This document shows positions 44,240 through 54,820 of a stretch of DNA of 64,000 bases, piece by piece. A model generated the notes under the pieces. That model worked only from the letters and a program-made list of their open reading frames with translations, had not been told where the DNA came from and did no database searches. The position numbers were made by a program, and so were the translations under genes. Numbering within the stretch: the stretch's first letter is position 1; each line of letters starts with the position of its first letter. This DNA comes from Eledone cirrhosa. Taxonomy: Eukaryota. The stretch is taken from the NCBI GenBank assembly GCA_964016885.1, contig OZ024740.1, positions 32,364,001 through 32,428,000 of the forward strand. The letters are read 5' to 3'.

Positions 44240-44876
44240 TACTGATGTGTATGTGTGTGTATATGTATATCTCAGTGGATGCGACCAGATTTCAACACAG
44301 CAACAACTACAACAACAACAACAGCAGCAACAACAACCACAACAGCAACAACAACACCATCGTCTGTGTTGAATGTGTGTGTGTGTATGTATTTGTATAT
44401 ATGCGACAGCAATAACAGCATCAACACCATTGTCTGCAGCAACAGCAGCAGTGAAATGAAGGACAACAACAACGACAACAACTACAATAACAACTACAGC
44501 ACCAACAACTGCCACCACCATCACTGACCATCCACCACCACCACGCTGATACCATCCACCACCACCACACTGACACCATCCACCACCGCCATTACCAGCG
44601 TAAAGCAAACAATTATTATTGTTATTGTTATTGTAAGCCGAACTGGACTGGGAAAGGTCAACAGTTGACATGATAGTGATTTTTGACGATTTTGATTTTG
44701 ATTTTGTATCAGTACTGTCGGTAATATATGTATATATATATATATATATATATGTTTGTGAGTGGTGTGTGTGATTGTATGCATGAATGAGTGTTGGTAT
44801 GTGTGGTTGTGGTTTGTATGCATGAGTATTGGTGTGTGAGTCGTGTCAAGTTTTTTTTTTTTTTATTTTTTTTTTA
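44240..44876. repeat. Compound microsatellite cluster: (TG)n, (CAA/CAG)n, (CAC)n, (TA)n, poly-T
   Basis: Simple repeats directly visible. Confidence 0.9.
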
Positions 44877-45066
44877 TGACCATGCTGTAAAATGGAGGGG
44901 TAGAGAGGGCCCTTGAGTCTAGTAAGACATCCTCTCTAGTGCTGGTGGCACAAATAAAAGCACTCAGTCCATGCTGTAAAGTGGCGCTGGTGTTAGGAAG
45001 GGCATCCAACCAGTGTATCAATGCCAAAAAGCTTATCAGCACAGCAACAAAACAGCATAGAAAAAT

Positions 45067-48000
45067 ATGAAGACGTCGCATCTCAGAGTTGCAACACTTA
45101 ATGTTGGCACTCTCAGAGGTAGATCTGCTGAAATAGCGGAGATGCTGGAGAGAAGGCAGGTGGATGTGTGCTGCGTGCAAGAGGTGAGATGGAGAGGTGC
45201 CTCTGCGAGACTAGTCGTAGGCAAGCGTCTTAGCTATAAGCTATTCTGGGTAGGTAAGGATGATGGGTTAGGAGGAGTAGGCATTTTCCTGGCTGAGAAA
45301 TGGATCAATAAGACAATAGAGGTAGTTCGAGTTAGTAATCGAATAATTAAGCTTAGATTAGTTGTAGGTAGGAGACTACTGACAATCATCTCGGTCTATG
45401 CTCCCCAAGCAGGCCTAGGCAAAGATGAGAAAGACTGCTTTTATGAGCAACTTTTGCAAACAACCACAATGACAGAGGACGGAGACATCGTTATGCTAGC
45501 AGGAGACTTCAATGGTCATGTTGGACAGCTCCAGGATGGTTACACTGGGGTACATGGTGGGCACGGTTACGGTTCAAGAAATGAAGAAGGAGTGAGACTT
45601 CTTGAATTTTGTGATGCAAGTACATTGACTATTTGCAACACAAACTTCCAGAAACCTGCCAATCACCTAATAACCTACAAATCTGGTGAGCACATAAGCC
45701 AGATTGACTTCCTGCTAGTTAGGCAGCGGGACAGACAGATAGTGTCTAATACCAAGGCATACCCTGGGGAAGAATGTACCCCACAGCATAGGTTAGTTGT
45801 TAGTGATATCTCAGTAAGCAAGAAATGGAATGAGACATATAGGAAGGTGTGGAGAAGAAAGGTCTGGAAGCTAAAAGACCTTTCACTAAAATTCAAATTT
45901 AGGAAAGCCCTTCAAGATGTATATGACGAAAAAGAAGACGATTTAGAGACGTATGACATAGATAATAACTGGAAGTTCTTACGTGACAACTTGCTGCAGG
46001 CTACTGATGAAACCTGTGGCTGGAGCAGAGCTCCAACCAGACAGAGAGTGACCTGGTGGTGGAACAGCACAGTAGATAAGGCTATTAGAGACAAAAGACT
46101 AGCATGGAAGGCTTGGAAAAAGGGTGGGAGTAGGGAAGAATATACAGCCACTAAGAGAGAAGCTAGACGTCAGGTGTACTTAGCACGCAGGGAGGCAGAG
46201 AGTAGGAGGTTTGCCAATGTTCTGCGACGGGAAGATCAGAGGCGTGCGGTGTTCCACATTGCAAGGCAGTGTGTCAATGCAAATCAGGATGTTGTTGGTG
46301 ATAAATGTGTCCGGGATGATGCCGGTGTACTTAGTGTCACGAATGACCAGAAAAAGGAGGCCTGGAAATGTCATTATGAGAGACTGATGAATGTGGAGAA
46401 CGAATGGGAGAGAGAGAAATTACCCTTGGTAGATCCGACAGAGGGACCAGCTATTGAGATTGACGAATATAGGGTCCAAGAGGCGATTAGGGAAATGAAA
46501 AATGGTAAGGCGGCCGGACCATCGGGAATAGTTGCTGAGATGCTGAAGGCATCAGGGGACGTAGGCACTAAACTGGTTGCACGCATCATCAATCAGGCTA
46601 TATATGGTGGTGTCATACCCAAAGACTGGTGCAGCAGTATTCTCATAAATTGCTACAAAGGTAAAGGGGATGCTTTGGAGAGGAGCAATTATAGGGGTAT
46701 AAAACTGATAGATCAGGTTATGAAAGTGGCAGAAAGGATTTTAGCACAACTAATTAGAGAAAGGGTCAAACTAGATGAGATGCAGTTTGGTTTTGTGCCT
46801 GGGAAGAGTACAACAGATGCCCTCTTCTTGGTGAGACAAATGCAAGAGAGGTTCTTAGAGAAGAATAAGCCACTATATTTAGCCTTTGTTGACCTAGAGA
46901 AGGCCTTTGATAGGGTACTCCGATCTGTCATCTGGTGGTCCCTAAGGAAGCTGGGTGTTGAGGAATGGCTTGTGAGGACAGTGCAAACTTTGTACAGAGG
47001 TACTCTCAGTAAAGTCAGGGTAGGAATGGAGTTTAGTGAGGAATTCCAGATACAAGTAGGAGTACATCAGGGTTCGGTCCTCAGCCCGCTCTTGTTCATT
47101 ATAGTCCTCCAAGCCATAACAGAGGAGTTTAAGACTGGCTGTCCATGGGAACTTCTCTATGCTGACGATCTGGCTCTTATGGCAGAATCAGTAGAGGAGC
47201 TAGAGAATAAATTCCGGCTATGGAAACAGCAGTTGGAAGCAAGAGGACTGGGAGTAAATCTAGCTAAGACAAAAGTGTTGATGAGTAGAAAAGAGGACAA
47301 AACCCTGATTCCGTCAGGGAAATGGCCATGTTCGATATGCAGAAAAGGAACTGGCATAAATTCTATAAAATGCACACAATGCAGGTCCTGGGTACACAAG
47401 AGATGTAGCGGGATAGCAGGCAAACTAACAGGTAGGGAGAAATATGTATGCAGTAGATGTACAGGGAAATTAGACAGTAGAAGTCGCACTGATAGACACA
47501 TTTTTCAAATGCGAGAGGGCGCTATAGAAGTGGTGGATAGCTTCCGGTACCTAGGGGATCAGATTAGCATGGGAGGAGGGTGTTCCGAGGCCATAGTATC
47601 TAGAATAAGGACGGGTTGGAAGAAGTTTAGGGAGCTGCTTCCTCTGTTGACGAAGAAGGGTTTCTCCCTGCGTACGAAAGGCCGGTTGTATGATGCCTGT
47701 GTGAGGAGCGCGATGCTGCATGGTAGTGAGACATGGGCAGCAACCGCAGAGGATATGCAACGGCTGGAGAGAAATGAGGCAAGCATGCTCCGTTGGATGT
47801 GCAGTGTAAATGTGTGTGAACGACCCAGCATAAATGTGTTGAGAGAGAAACTGTGTCTGAGAGGGATAGAATGTAGTGTACGGGAGAGGAGACTGAGGTG
47901 GTATGGACATGTGATGCGTATGGAGGATGACCGATGGGTGAAGAAGTACCAGGAAATGCCAGTTGAAGGAAGACGTGGTAGAGGTAGACCACGAAAAACA

Positions 48001-48135
48001 TGGGCGGAGGTGGTGAGAACAGACCTCAGATCATTGAAGCTCACGGTGGAGATGACGAGGGACCGTGACCAGTGGAGAGATGCTGTGCTGAATAAGACCC
48101 GTCCCACCCTTGCAAGCAGGGAAAAGCGGACGTAA
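45067..48135 (+). CDS. RTE LINE ORF: APE endonuclease + reverse transcriptase + PHD-type zinc finger (1022 aa, uninterrupted)
   Basis: APE motifs ATLNVGTL, VQEVRW, SVYAPQ, GDFNGHVG, QIDF, QHRLVV. RT motifs NYRGIKL, QFGF, FVDLEKAFD, GVHQGSVLSPLLF, YADD (47158-47169). RTE C-terminus RLRWYGHVMRM...RGRGRPRKTW. Confidence 0.97.
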   Translation: MKTSHLRVATLNVGTLRGRSAEIAEMLERRQVDVCCVQEVRWRGASARLVVGKRLSYKLFWVGKDDGLGGVGIFLAEKWINKTIEVVRVSNRIIKLRLVVGRRLLTIISVYAPQAGLGKDEKDCFYEQLLQTTTMTEDGDIVMLAGDFNGHVGQLQDGYTGVHGGHGYGSRNEEGVRLLEFCDASTLTICNTNFQKPANHLITYKSGEHISQIDFLLVRQRDRQIVSNTKAYPGEECTPQHRLVVSDISVSKKWNETYRKVWRRKVWKLKDLSLKFKFRKALQDVYDEKEDDLETYDIDNNWKFLRDNLLQATDETCGWSRAPTRQRVTWWWNSTVDKAIRDKRLAWKAWKKGGSREEYTATKREARRQVYLARREAESRRFANVLRREDQRRAVFHIARQCVNANQDVVGDKCVRDDAGVLSVTNDQKKEAWKCHYERLMNVENEWEREKLPLVDPTEGPAIEIDEYRVQEAIREMKNGKAAGPSGIVAEMLKASGDVGTKLVARIINQAIYGGVIPKDWCSSILINCYKGKGDALERSNYRGIKLIDQVMKVAERILAQLIRERVKLDEMQFGFVPGKSTTDALFLVRQMQERFLEKNKPLYLAFVDLEKAFDRVLRSVIWWSLRKLGVEEWLVRTVQTLYRGTLSKVRVGMEFSEEFQIQVGVHQGSVLSPLLFIIVLQAITEEFKTGCPWELLYADDLALMAESVEELENKFRLWKQQLEARGLGVNLAKTKVLMSRKEDKTLIPSGKWPCSICRKGTGINSIKCTQCRSWVHKRCSGIAGKLTGREKYVCSRCTGKLDSRSRTDRHIFQMREGAIEVVDSFRYLGDQISMGGGCSEAIVSRIRTGWKKFRELLPLLTKKGFSLRTKGRLYDACVRSAMLHGSETWAATAEDMQRLERNEASMLRWMCSVNVCERPSINVLREKLCLRGIECSVRERRLRWYGHVMRMEDDRWVKKYQEMPVEGRRGRGRPRKTWAEVVRTDLRSLKLTVEMTRDRDQWRDAVLNKTRPTLASREKRT

Positions 48136-48225
48136 AATGATGATGATGATGATGATCTAAATATATCCACTACGCATGTAATTGACTAAAACCATTTATT
48201 ATTTGGTTATGCTGAAATGTTTCAA

Positions 48226-48285
48226 ATCATCATCACCATTTCACGTCTATTTTCCATGCTTGCATGGGTTAGACGGCTGCCATAT
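48226..48285 (-). mobile_element. RTE-type retroposon 3' tail fragment
   Basis: CATCATCACCATTTCACGTCTATTTTCCATGCTTGCATGGGTTAGACGG is the reverse complement of the RTE-type tail plus ATG repeats. Confidence 0.7.
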
Positions 48286-48553
48286 GCTGTGGCCAGACTG
48301 GTCAGGAGACTAGGTTCTGCTCATATACTTTATGGTGGCTTTGAAGCAAGTGAATGCTGTCTCACATATGTGCTGCTCTCGATTTCTCTTGATTGCCTAA
48401 AAGAGATGTTTATATGCTGCTTGAAGCAAATGCATGGGTGGGTGTTGTCTGGTTTTCTTAGGTTGGGAAAATGTTGGAGGTGCAAAGGGTCAGTGGGGGT
48501 AGGGGTGCATCAATCAAGGTTCGTTCTTGCTTTCCATGGCAATATTATCTTTT

Positions 48554-48706
48554 AACCAGTTTCATCTCCCTTAAGTGTCAAAGCTAGGATTAAATACTGT
48601 CTTGTAACTGGTTTGGTCTCCCTTAAGTATTAAAGCTAGGATTAGATACTATCGTTTAACTGGTTTGGTCTCCCTCAAGTGTCAAAATTGGGATTAGATA
48701 CTATTT
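48554..48706. repeat. ~52-bp minisatellite, 3 copies
   Basis: TAACTGGTTTGGTCTCCCTTAAGT...AAAGCTAGGATTAGATACT recurs three times with substitutions. Confidence 0.8.
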
Positions 48707-48916
48707 TCTTAAGTGTTTAGGTTGTGATTAAATTCACAAACTGTTCTATCATGCAAGATGCAAATATTTTTATCTGCTAGGTCCTTTAGCCTATGACAAA
48801 TATGGAACCTAATGAACAACAAATTAAACCATTTGAAACTGGAGATAAGTCTTCTTTTACTTTCAATATTACAAATGTTTAATAGGAAAATATATTTTTT
48901 ATTTCTTTTGTTTTAG

Positions 48917-48987
48917 ATCTCGGTTTATTTTCTACAAAGTCTTTAGTTGAAGCTAATGCTGATCATCGAGTTGAAGTAAGAACACAA
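48917..48987 (+). CDS. KDM6A: KDM6/UTX exon ([24 protein letters not shown])
   Basis: TTTTAG acceptor, GTAAGA donor. G+AT completes Asp with the previous exon. Matches [24 protein letters not shown]. Confidence 0.95.
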
Positions 48988-49391
48988 GTAAGAGATTAAT
49001 TCTTTCTTTCTTTATTAGTGATCATGGTGATTTTTTAAATATTAATTTAATAGTTTTCATTTTTTTCCCCCTATATATATATATATATATATATATATTC
49101 ATCAGCTTTAATTCATGTCTTGCTTTGTCTCATAACCCTCAATTTATGGGTTCCTCTTTTTCAATATCTTTTATTTAGGAACTTGGATTCCTTATTAGTG
49201 AACATAGGAAAGAAGGAAGATGCTGCTATTTAACTTGGCTCTTTATTTTAAATCTAAATATATTTCTGATGATCTTCCATTCATTTAATAATACTTAATT
49301 TTTATTGTAATAGAAATAAATTTTATGCTATCACCCCTTTTGTTTTTGATATAAAACAATGGAAATTTATTATAAATATCCATTGGCTTTT

Positions 49392-49643
49392 TAATCTGTT
49401 GCTAGATATTAACAATATTTTCTTATATAGTCTGTTGCTAGGTATTAACAATATTTCCTTATATAGTCTGTTGCTAGGTATTAACAATATTTCCTTATAT
49501 AGTCTGTTGCCACGTATTAACAATATTTCCTTATATAATCTGTTGTTTCGTGTTAACAATACCTCCTTATTTAATATGTAGTTAGGTATTAATATTTCCT
49601 TATTTAATCTGACGTTGGGTATCAACAATATTTCCTTACAAAT
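49392..49643. repeat. 36-bp minisatellite, ~7 copies
   Basis: TCTGTTGCTAGGTATTAACAATATTTCCTTATATAG repeated; explains the 12-aa periodic ORFs at 49323 and 49399. Confidence 0.9.
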
Positions 49644-49697
49644 CACTAATGACTACAAACCTTTTTGTGGATAAACTATCTGCAACTAACATAATTG

Positions 49698-49883
49698 TTT
49701 CTACTTTAGGCACAAGGCCAGCAATTACCCAGTGCATTACTGGTACTTTATTTTATCAACCCCGTAAGGATGAAAGGCAAAGATAACCTCGGCGGGATTT
49801 GAACTCAGAACGTAAAGGATCATAACTCTATGCTGGAAAGCATGGCGTCCGACCCTCTCCCGATACTGCCAATCCACCGAGCC
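49698..49883 (-). mobile_element. tRNA-derived SINE fragment
   Basis: GGATTTGAACTC (reverse-complement B-box) and body TACTGGTACTTTATTTTATCAACCCCG.AAGGATGAAAGGCAAAG. Its terminal part TTGTTTCTACTTT..CACAAGGCCAGCAATT recurs near 50477-50510. Confidence 0.65.
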
Positions 49884-50306
49884 AATGTGTAACCAATTCG
49901 CTACATATACACATAAGTTTAGCAAATCTTAGAACGTTGGTCGTTGTTTTCTATAATTTTATCACAACCTCCTTCCTTCCTGAAGTAACTCCCTTTTAGT
50001 GGGTGACAGACAAATATATAAATAAATAAATATATTTATTGTTGATATTTCAATGAATGCTATTTAATGAACCTTACTAAAGTTGCGCTGGTAAAGTAGT
50101 ATCAGCCATTGAAAAGAACCATGGAGAGTACACTGTCAAGGGAGAGAACTCGTCCGTGGCTCTCGGGGAATTTTACCTGGCTTAGCTAGATAGATAAATA
50201 TATTCAATAAATTGGAATTCTACAAAAGTGTAGGCAATATTAAAATACATTTTAATCAATCGTTTTTTTTTTTGTTCTAATTTTCCTCTTCTTTTATATA
50301 TTTTAG

Positions 50307-50438
50307 CGTCAACAACCTCCTGATGAAAATAAAGATCAGTATGGAAATAACCTTTGGTATTGTGAAAGTAGTCGGGGTCATACTTGTGTAGCTAAATATG
50401 CACAATACCAGGCTTCATCATTCCAGGAATCTTTAAAA
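50307..50438 (+). CDS. KDM6A: KDM6/UTX exon ([44 protein letters not shown])
   Basis: AG/GT boundaries, 132 bp, phase 0. [15 protein letters not shown] is characteristic of KDM6. Confidence 0.96.
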
Positions 50439-50576
50439 GTAACGTTTATTTTCTACAATAATATTAATAATAATAATTGTTTCTACTTTTGACACAAGGC
50501 CAGCAATTATTCCAGTGTTAATCCAATAGTCTAACCCATGTGAGCATGGAAAAACGAACATAACAATGATGGATAA

Positions 50577-50789
50577 TCATCATCATTGTCATCACCACCA
50601 CCACTGTTTTACATTTGTTTTTCTATGCTTGCATGGGTTGGACGGGTCCTTTCCAGCATAGCATCTCTCCACTCATTGCAGTCCTTCGTCAACCCAGCTA
50701 GGAGCAGCTCTACGTCTACGGTAGTTCCCTTCCACTGGGATTTCTTGGCACTTCTTCAACCAACGATCATCTATATGCATCACATGCCT
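50577..50789 (-). mobile_element. Decayed 3' fragment of an RTE related to the 45067-48135 element
   Basis: Reverse complement aligns by eye to ~47905-48140 (CATGTGATGC...GAAGAAGTGCCAAGAAAT...CCCGTCCAACCCATGCAAGCA), with an internal deletion. Confidence 0.8.
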
Positions 50790-50904
50790 CTAGTTTTAAA
50801 ATGCAATATTGACAATGTATCAGGAGCCTTAAGTAAAATATAATGAAATAATCTTTTTTATATAATAAAATACTATATATGACACATCGATTTACTTAAA
50901 GAGT

Positions 50905-51278
50905 ATGTATGGCGGTGAAACAGGGCTCCTCTGAAGGGTCTTTGGAGTAATATTTGTTTAGAGTGTACATAGCTCAGAAATCAAGGAGTTACTCTAGACA
51001 GAACCATAACTTCTCTGAATTGATCACAGCTTTGGTACTATGTACTTGCAGATAGAATATCCACAGAAAGAATCTCGGGATAGATTTTATGGGCAAAATC
51101 AACTGGCAAGTGACCCAGAGGTAGACTATGAGCAAGATGGTTAGATAACATTCATGACCTCAGTTGATCTTGCTTGGGGATCCAGTTGGATCATTTAGAG
51201 ATGGTTGTTTCTGATAGGTGTGTTTGAGAATTCTGTCCCCATGACCTCCCTAGGAATAAGTGGGCAAAGATGATGATG
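50905..51278 (+). mobile_element. Decayed 3' end of a different RTE-type LINE
   Basis: Remnants of the RTE C-terminus (TGK*PRGRL*ARWLDNIHDLS..LGI) ending in GATGATGATG. Confidence 0.5.
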
Positions 51279-51486
51279 GTGTATTACAATGCCTGTGAAC
51301 CTTGCAAATTTGATTTCAGCTCCTTTGTGAATACAGTTGCATTCATCTTCTTACAAGTAGATAATGTGCTTCTATTTGAGTTGGTTGAAATGGTAATGAG
51401 TTGATGGTCTGTAGCTTGTTAAGAAAATATTTCCATTGTGATTAAAGTAGCAAAGTTGGTTATGCAATAGATATCAGAAATGCGTT

Positions 51487-51832
51487 CATCATCATCACCA
51501 CCACTAATGTCTATTTTCTCTGCTGCTATGTGTTAGGAAGGTTGTAACATTCTGAGGCTAGACTGGTCAGGTAATCACATCTATCTTATATGTTCCATTT
51601 TTGGCATGGTTTCTATAGCTGAATGTTCTTCCTGATACCCAGCACTTTACAGTGTGTACTGGGTACTTTTTGTTTTAGTGCCAGTACTACCACTTTACAG
51701 GGTGGACTGGGTGTGTTTTATTGTGGCACCAGCACTACCATTTTACAGGGTTCACTGGGTGTATTTTATCGTGGAACCAGCACTATCACCTTACAGGGTA
51801 GATTGGGTGTATTTTATTGTGGCACCAGCACT
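51487..51832 (-). mobile_element. Non-autonomous RTE-derived element containing four tandem ~48-bp units
   Basis: (CAT)n tail at 51487. TTCTATAGCTGAATGTTCTTCCT, then repeats of CCACTTTACAGGGTGGACTGGGTGTGTTTTATTGTGGCACCAGCACT resembling the reverse complement of 44938-44984. Confidence 0.7.
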
Positions 51833-52155
51833 CATCTATATGTAGGAAAGGATAAGAAGGGAGAATTTTATTTTTGTATGAATACTCAAGAGAATGATTG
51901 CAATTAGAAGTAAATGTTGACTTGACATTCCTGTTAGATGTTCTTCCTAATACCAATTAATTTATAGTACCATGTTAACTAGGTAATGTTATGTTTAACA
52001 CTTTTAAATATTGTTTTCTGGAATATATATTTCTAACTTGTATATTATGGATCCTAATAAATCAATATAGTATGCAAGGTGTATCAAAAAGAATCATCTG
52101 ATATTATTTACAAGTTTTACAACTCCTCAGTATGTAAACAACTTTATCAAAATTT

Positions 52156-54684
52156 ATAATAATAATGAAATTATTGTGTAAAGTGCTCAGGTGCACTACA
52201 ACTCGTCAAAGGTGCATGTATAGTACATAGAATAATATACAAATGTCAGGGTAGTGAACAGTGTATGAGTCATGATATACATGTGTGCATGTGTGTGGAG
52301 GGGGAACATTAGGTGTAGTGTTGGCGAATCTCAGGAAGCATGGAGGTTTTAAAGGATGCAGTGTCTCGGCAGCTAACAACTGATGCAGGTAGTTTGTTCC
52401 ATGCTTCAGCAACTCTGAGTGTGAAAAAATGTTTCCGAAAGTCATGGGAACTGTGCTGTTTTCTGACTTTGTGGACATGTCCACGTGTGTTAGACACATG
52501 GAAATCAAAAAGGTACTCAGGGTTGTTGTTGGCAAGATGGTTAACAATTTTGTGGGCGTTTACCAAGTCAGTTGCCAGGCGTCGGAGCTTCAATGTATCC
52601 ATGCCCAGGGAAGCAAGGCGTTCAGAGTATGGTAGATGCTTGATGGAGGGTATTCGCTTGGTTGCACGTCTCTGAACAGTTTCCAGGCGGTCAATGTTCT
52701 GAGCAAGATAGGGGTTCCAGACTGGTGATGCAAATTCTAAGTGTGGCCGCACCATAGTCATGTACAGCCTTAAATAGATAGCTGGAGAGCGGCTGACAAA
52801 GGTCTTGCTGTGTGATGCTAAGACACCCTCAGCTCTCTTGACAATTTTAGAGACGTGCTTCATCCAACGCAAATCTCTGCTGACCGTAATGCCCAGGTCA
52901 CGTTCACAAGAAGACTTCTTGATATTAGTGCTGTGGAAGGAGTATGTGGATGCTGGGTTTTTACTCCCAAAATGCATGGTGGTGCACTTGTCCACAGCTA
53001 GCTTGAGTTGCCAGTCTGAGATCCATTGTTGCATTGTGTCCAGGTCAGACTGCAAGGTACAGCTTGATGTCATCTGCGTACTTTAGTACTGTGGCATTCT
53101 TTAAGTTGGCATCTATGTCATTAATATATGCCACAAACAAAAGGGGGCCAAGAACAGATCCCTGTGGTACACCAGATGACATCTCATATGGTGAGGAATG
53201 TTGTCCCAGAACCGTGACTACCTCTCTTCGACTGAGAATGAAGGACTTGAAACAGTTAAAAAGATCATCCTTCACACCCATTGCAGAGAGTTTTGCTATA
53301 AGCCTTTTGGTGGCACAGAATTGAAAGCTTTTGCAAAGTCAAGGTAAACAACATCCACCCATGAGCCGCCATCAGTGATCCGGGTGATGTCCTCAAGAAA
53401 CTCGATAAGTTGATTAGAGCAGCTGGAGTTGGGGATAAATCCAAATTGCGAGGGCTGGATAAGACTGTGAGAGTTCCAGAAGTTCCAAAGTGTTTCTCTG
53501 ACACAGGATTTCATCAGTTTGGCAATGCAACTAGTAAGACTGACTGGACGATAGTTCACAGGTGATGTGCGGTCACCCTTTTTGAACAGAGGAATGACAC
53601 TGGCAGTTTTCCACTGTTCTGGAGTAGCACCGTTGTTCAGACAGAATTGGAAGAAGCATGATAGCTGATGCAGAAGGAAGTACCCACCACGTTTAAGAAG
53701 CAGGTACGTAACACCATCAAGACCAGGAGAGGTATGGTTGCGTTTATTTTTTTAGGTGATGTCGCAGCATTGCAGGTGTAAATTCCATGGTTGTAATAGA
53801 ATCCGATGTCATAGGTGGTGGAGACGGTACACTCAGGTCTTCAATAGTGAAAATGCCTGCATAGCATTCAGCAATGAGCTCTGCACATTCCTTGGGGTCG
53901 TCAGTAACCTGGCTTGTGTAGGGATTGTGAAGAGGACCAACTGGAGAGTGAGGCCTCTGCTTTGAGTGAACATACTGTCAGGGCTGGTTGCTATGCGCTG
54001 CTCAAATTGAAGCACTGCCTTTTTTGTCACCTGTTTGAGGTGGTTGGACGATTTATTTCGCCTCTTCCTATTGATGTCTGATTTGTGCAGTTTGTACTCA
54101 CGTTCAGCATTGCAACATTCTTTTCTGGCAAGACGGACTGCTGCAGTCTCCCAAATTGCACTTTTAGGATGTTTTTTCCGCTTACGTGGCACCGATACTG
54201 CACATGCTGTCCATATTGAGCTCAGAATGTTCTGGAGTACAGTGTTGATATCTCCAGAGTCGTAGAACTCGAGCCAGTTTGGACGTTGCAGCTCGGTGCA
54301 GTAACAGTTCCAGTCTGCTTTATTCCAGTCAAAGTGAGCAGTTTGGAGATGGTTGTAGTTCTTCTTACTGCCCATGAGGGATAGATTGGCAATGATCATA
54401 GTATAATCAGAGTCACCTAAAGGTTCCTCAGCTGTAACACTAATGACCGTTTCAGGAGTTGTGGTGAAGAGTAGGTCCAAAGTGTTGTCACCTCTTGTTG
54501 GGGAGGTGACTACTTGAGACCAATTCGAGTCCAACACTAGCTGAAGGAAGTCATTTGCACTTGGCGGCCAATGAAAGGTTTCCCAGTCAATCTCAGGGTG
54601 ATTGATGTCTCCTGCAATAAAGACATAAGTGGCTGTTTTCCTGGTAGCAGCTCTGAGGATATCACAAAGTTGAGTGTCCTGGTG
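52156..54684 (-). mobile_element. 5'-truncated, frameshifted CR1-clade LINE
   Basis: Successive broken frames: APE remnant (AGDINHP, PTRGDNTLDLLFT, PLGDSD); RT (NYRPVSLTS, YLDFAKAFNSVP, SGVPQGSVLGPLLF, YADD); CR1 C-terminus (VRPHLEFASPVWNP, LETVQRRATK, FFTLRVAEAWNKLP); (ATT)n-type tail. Confidence 0.93.
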
Positions 54685-54820
54685 TTATAAAAGATATAAA
54701 AAAGAATAAAACTTTATATTCAGACATGTATTGTACAAGTCACTGCATGATTATATGATTATTTATTTCATAATAAAACCATTTGAAAAATAATACAATT
54801 GTAATTTAATGTATTTCTAG

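Larger units (their letters stand above)
43478..48157 (+). mobile_element. Putative full-length RTE-clade LINE (5' boundary tentative)
   Basis: Intact ORF 45067-48135 followed by a (GAT)n tail to 48156. Candidate 10-bp TSD TAAATATATC at 43468-43477 and 48158-48167. The 3' end is secure; the 5' end is inferred from the TSD only. Confidence 0.6.

Noticed and set aside
44210-44823. Low-complexity ORFs (poly-C/T/V/N)
   Set aside because: Products of microsatellites.
45675-48170. Minus-strand ORFs overlapping the RTE ORF
   Set aside because: Antisense shadows of a long coding frame, with no recognisable motifs.
49323-49646. ORFs with 12-aa repeats resembling a repeat protein
   Set aside because: They arise from an intronic 36-bp minisatellite that is open on both strands.
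52154-54690. TTATAA as TSD of the CR1 element
   Set aside because: Only 6 bp of pure AT in AT-rich flanks; cannot be distinguished from chance.
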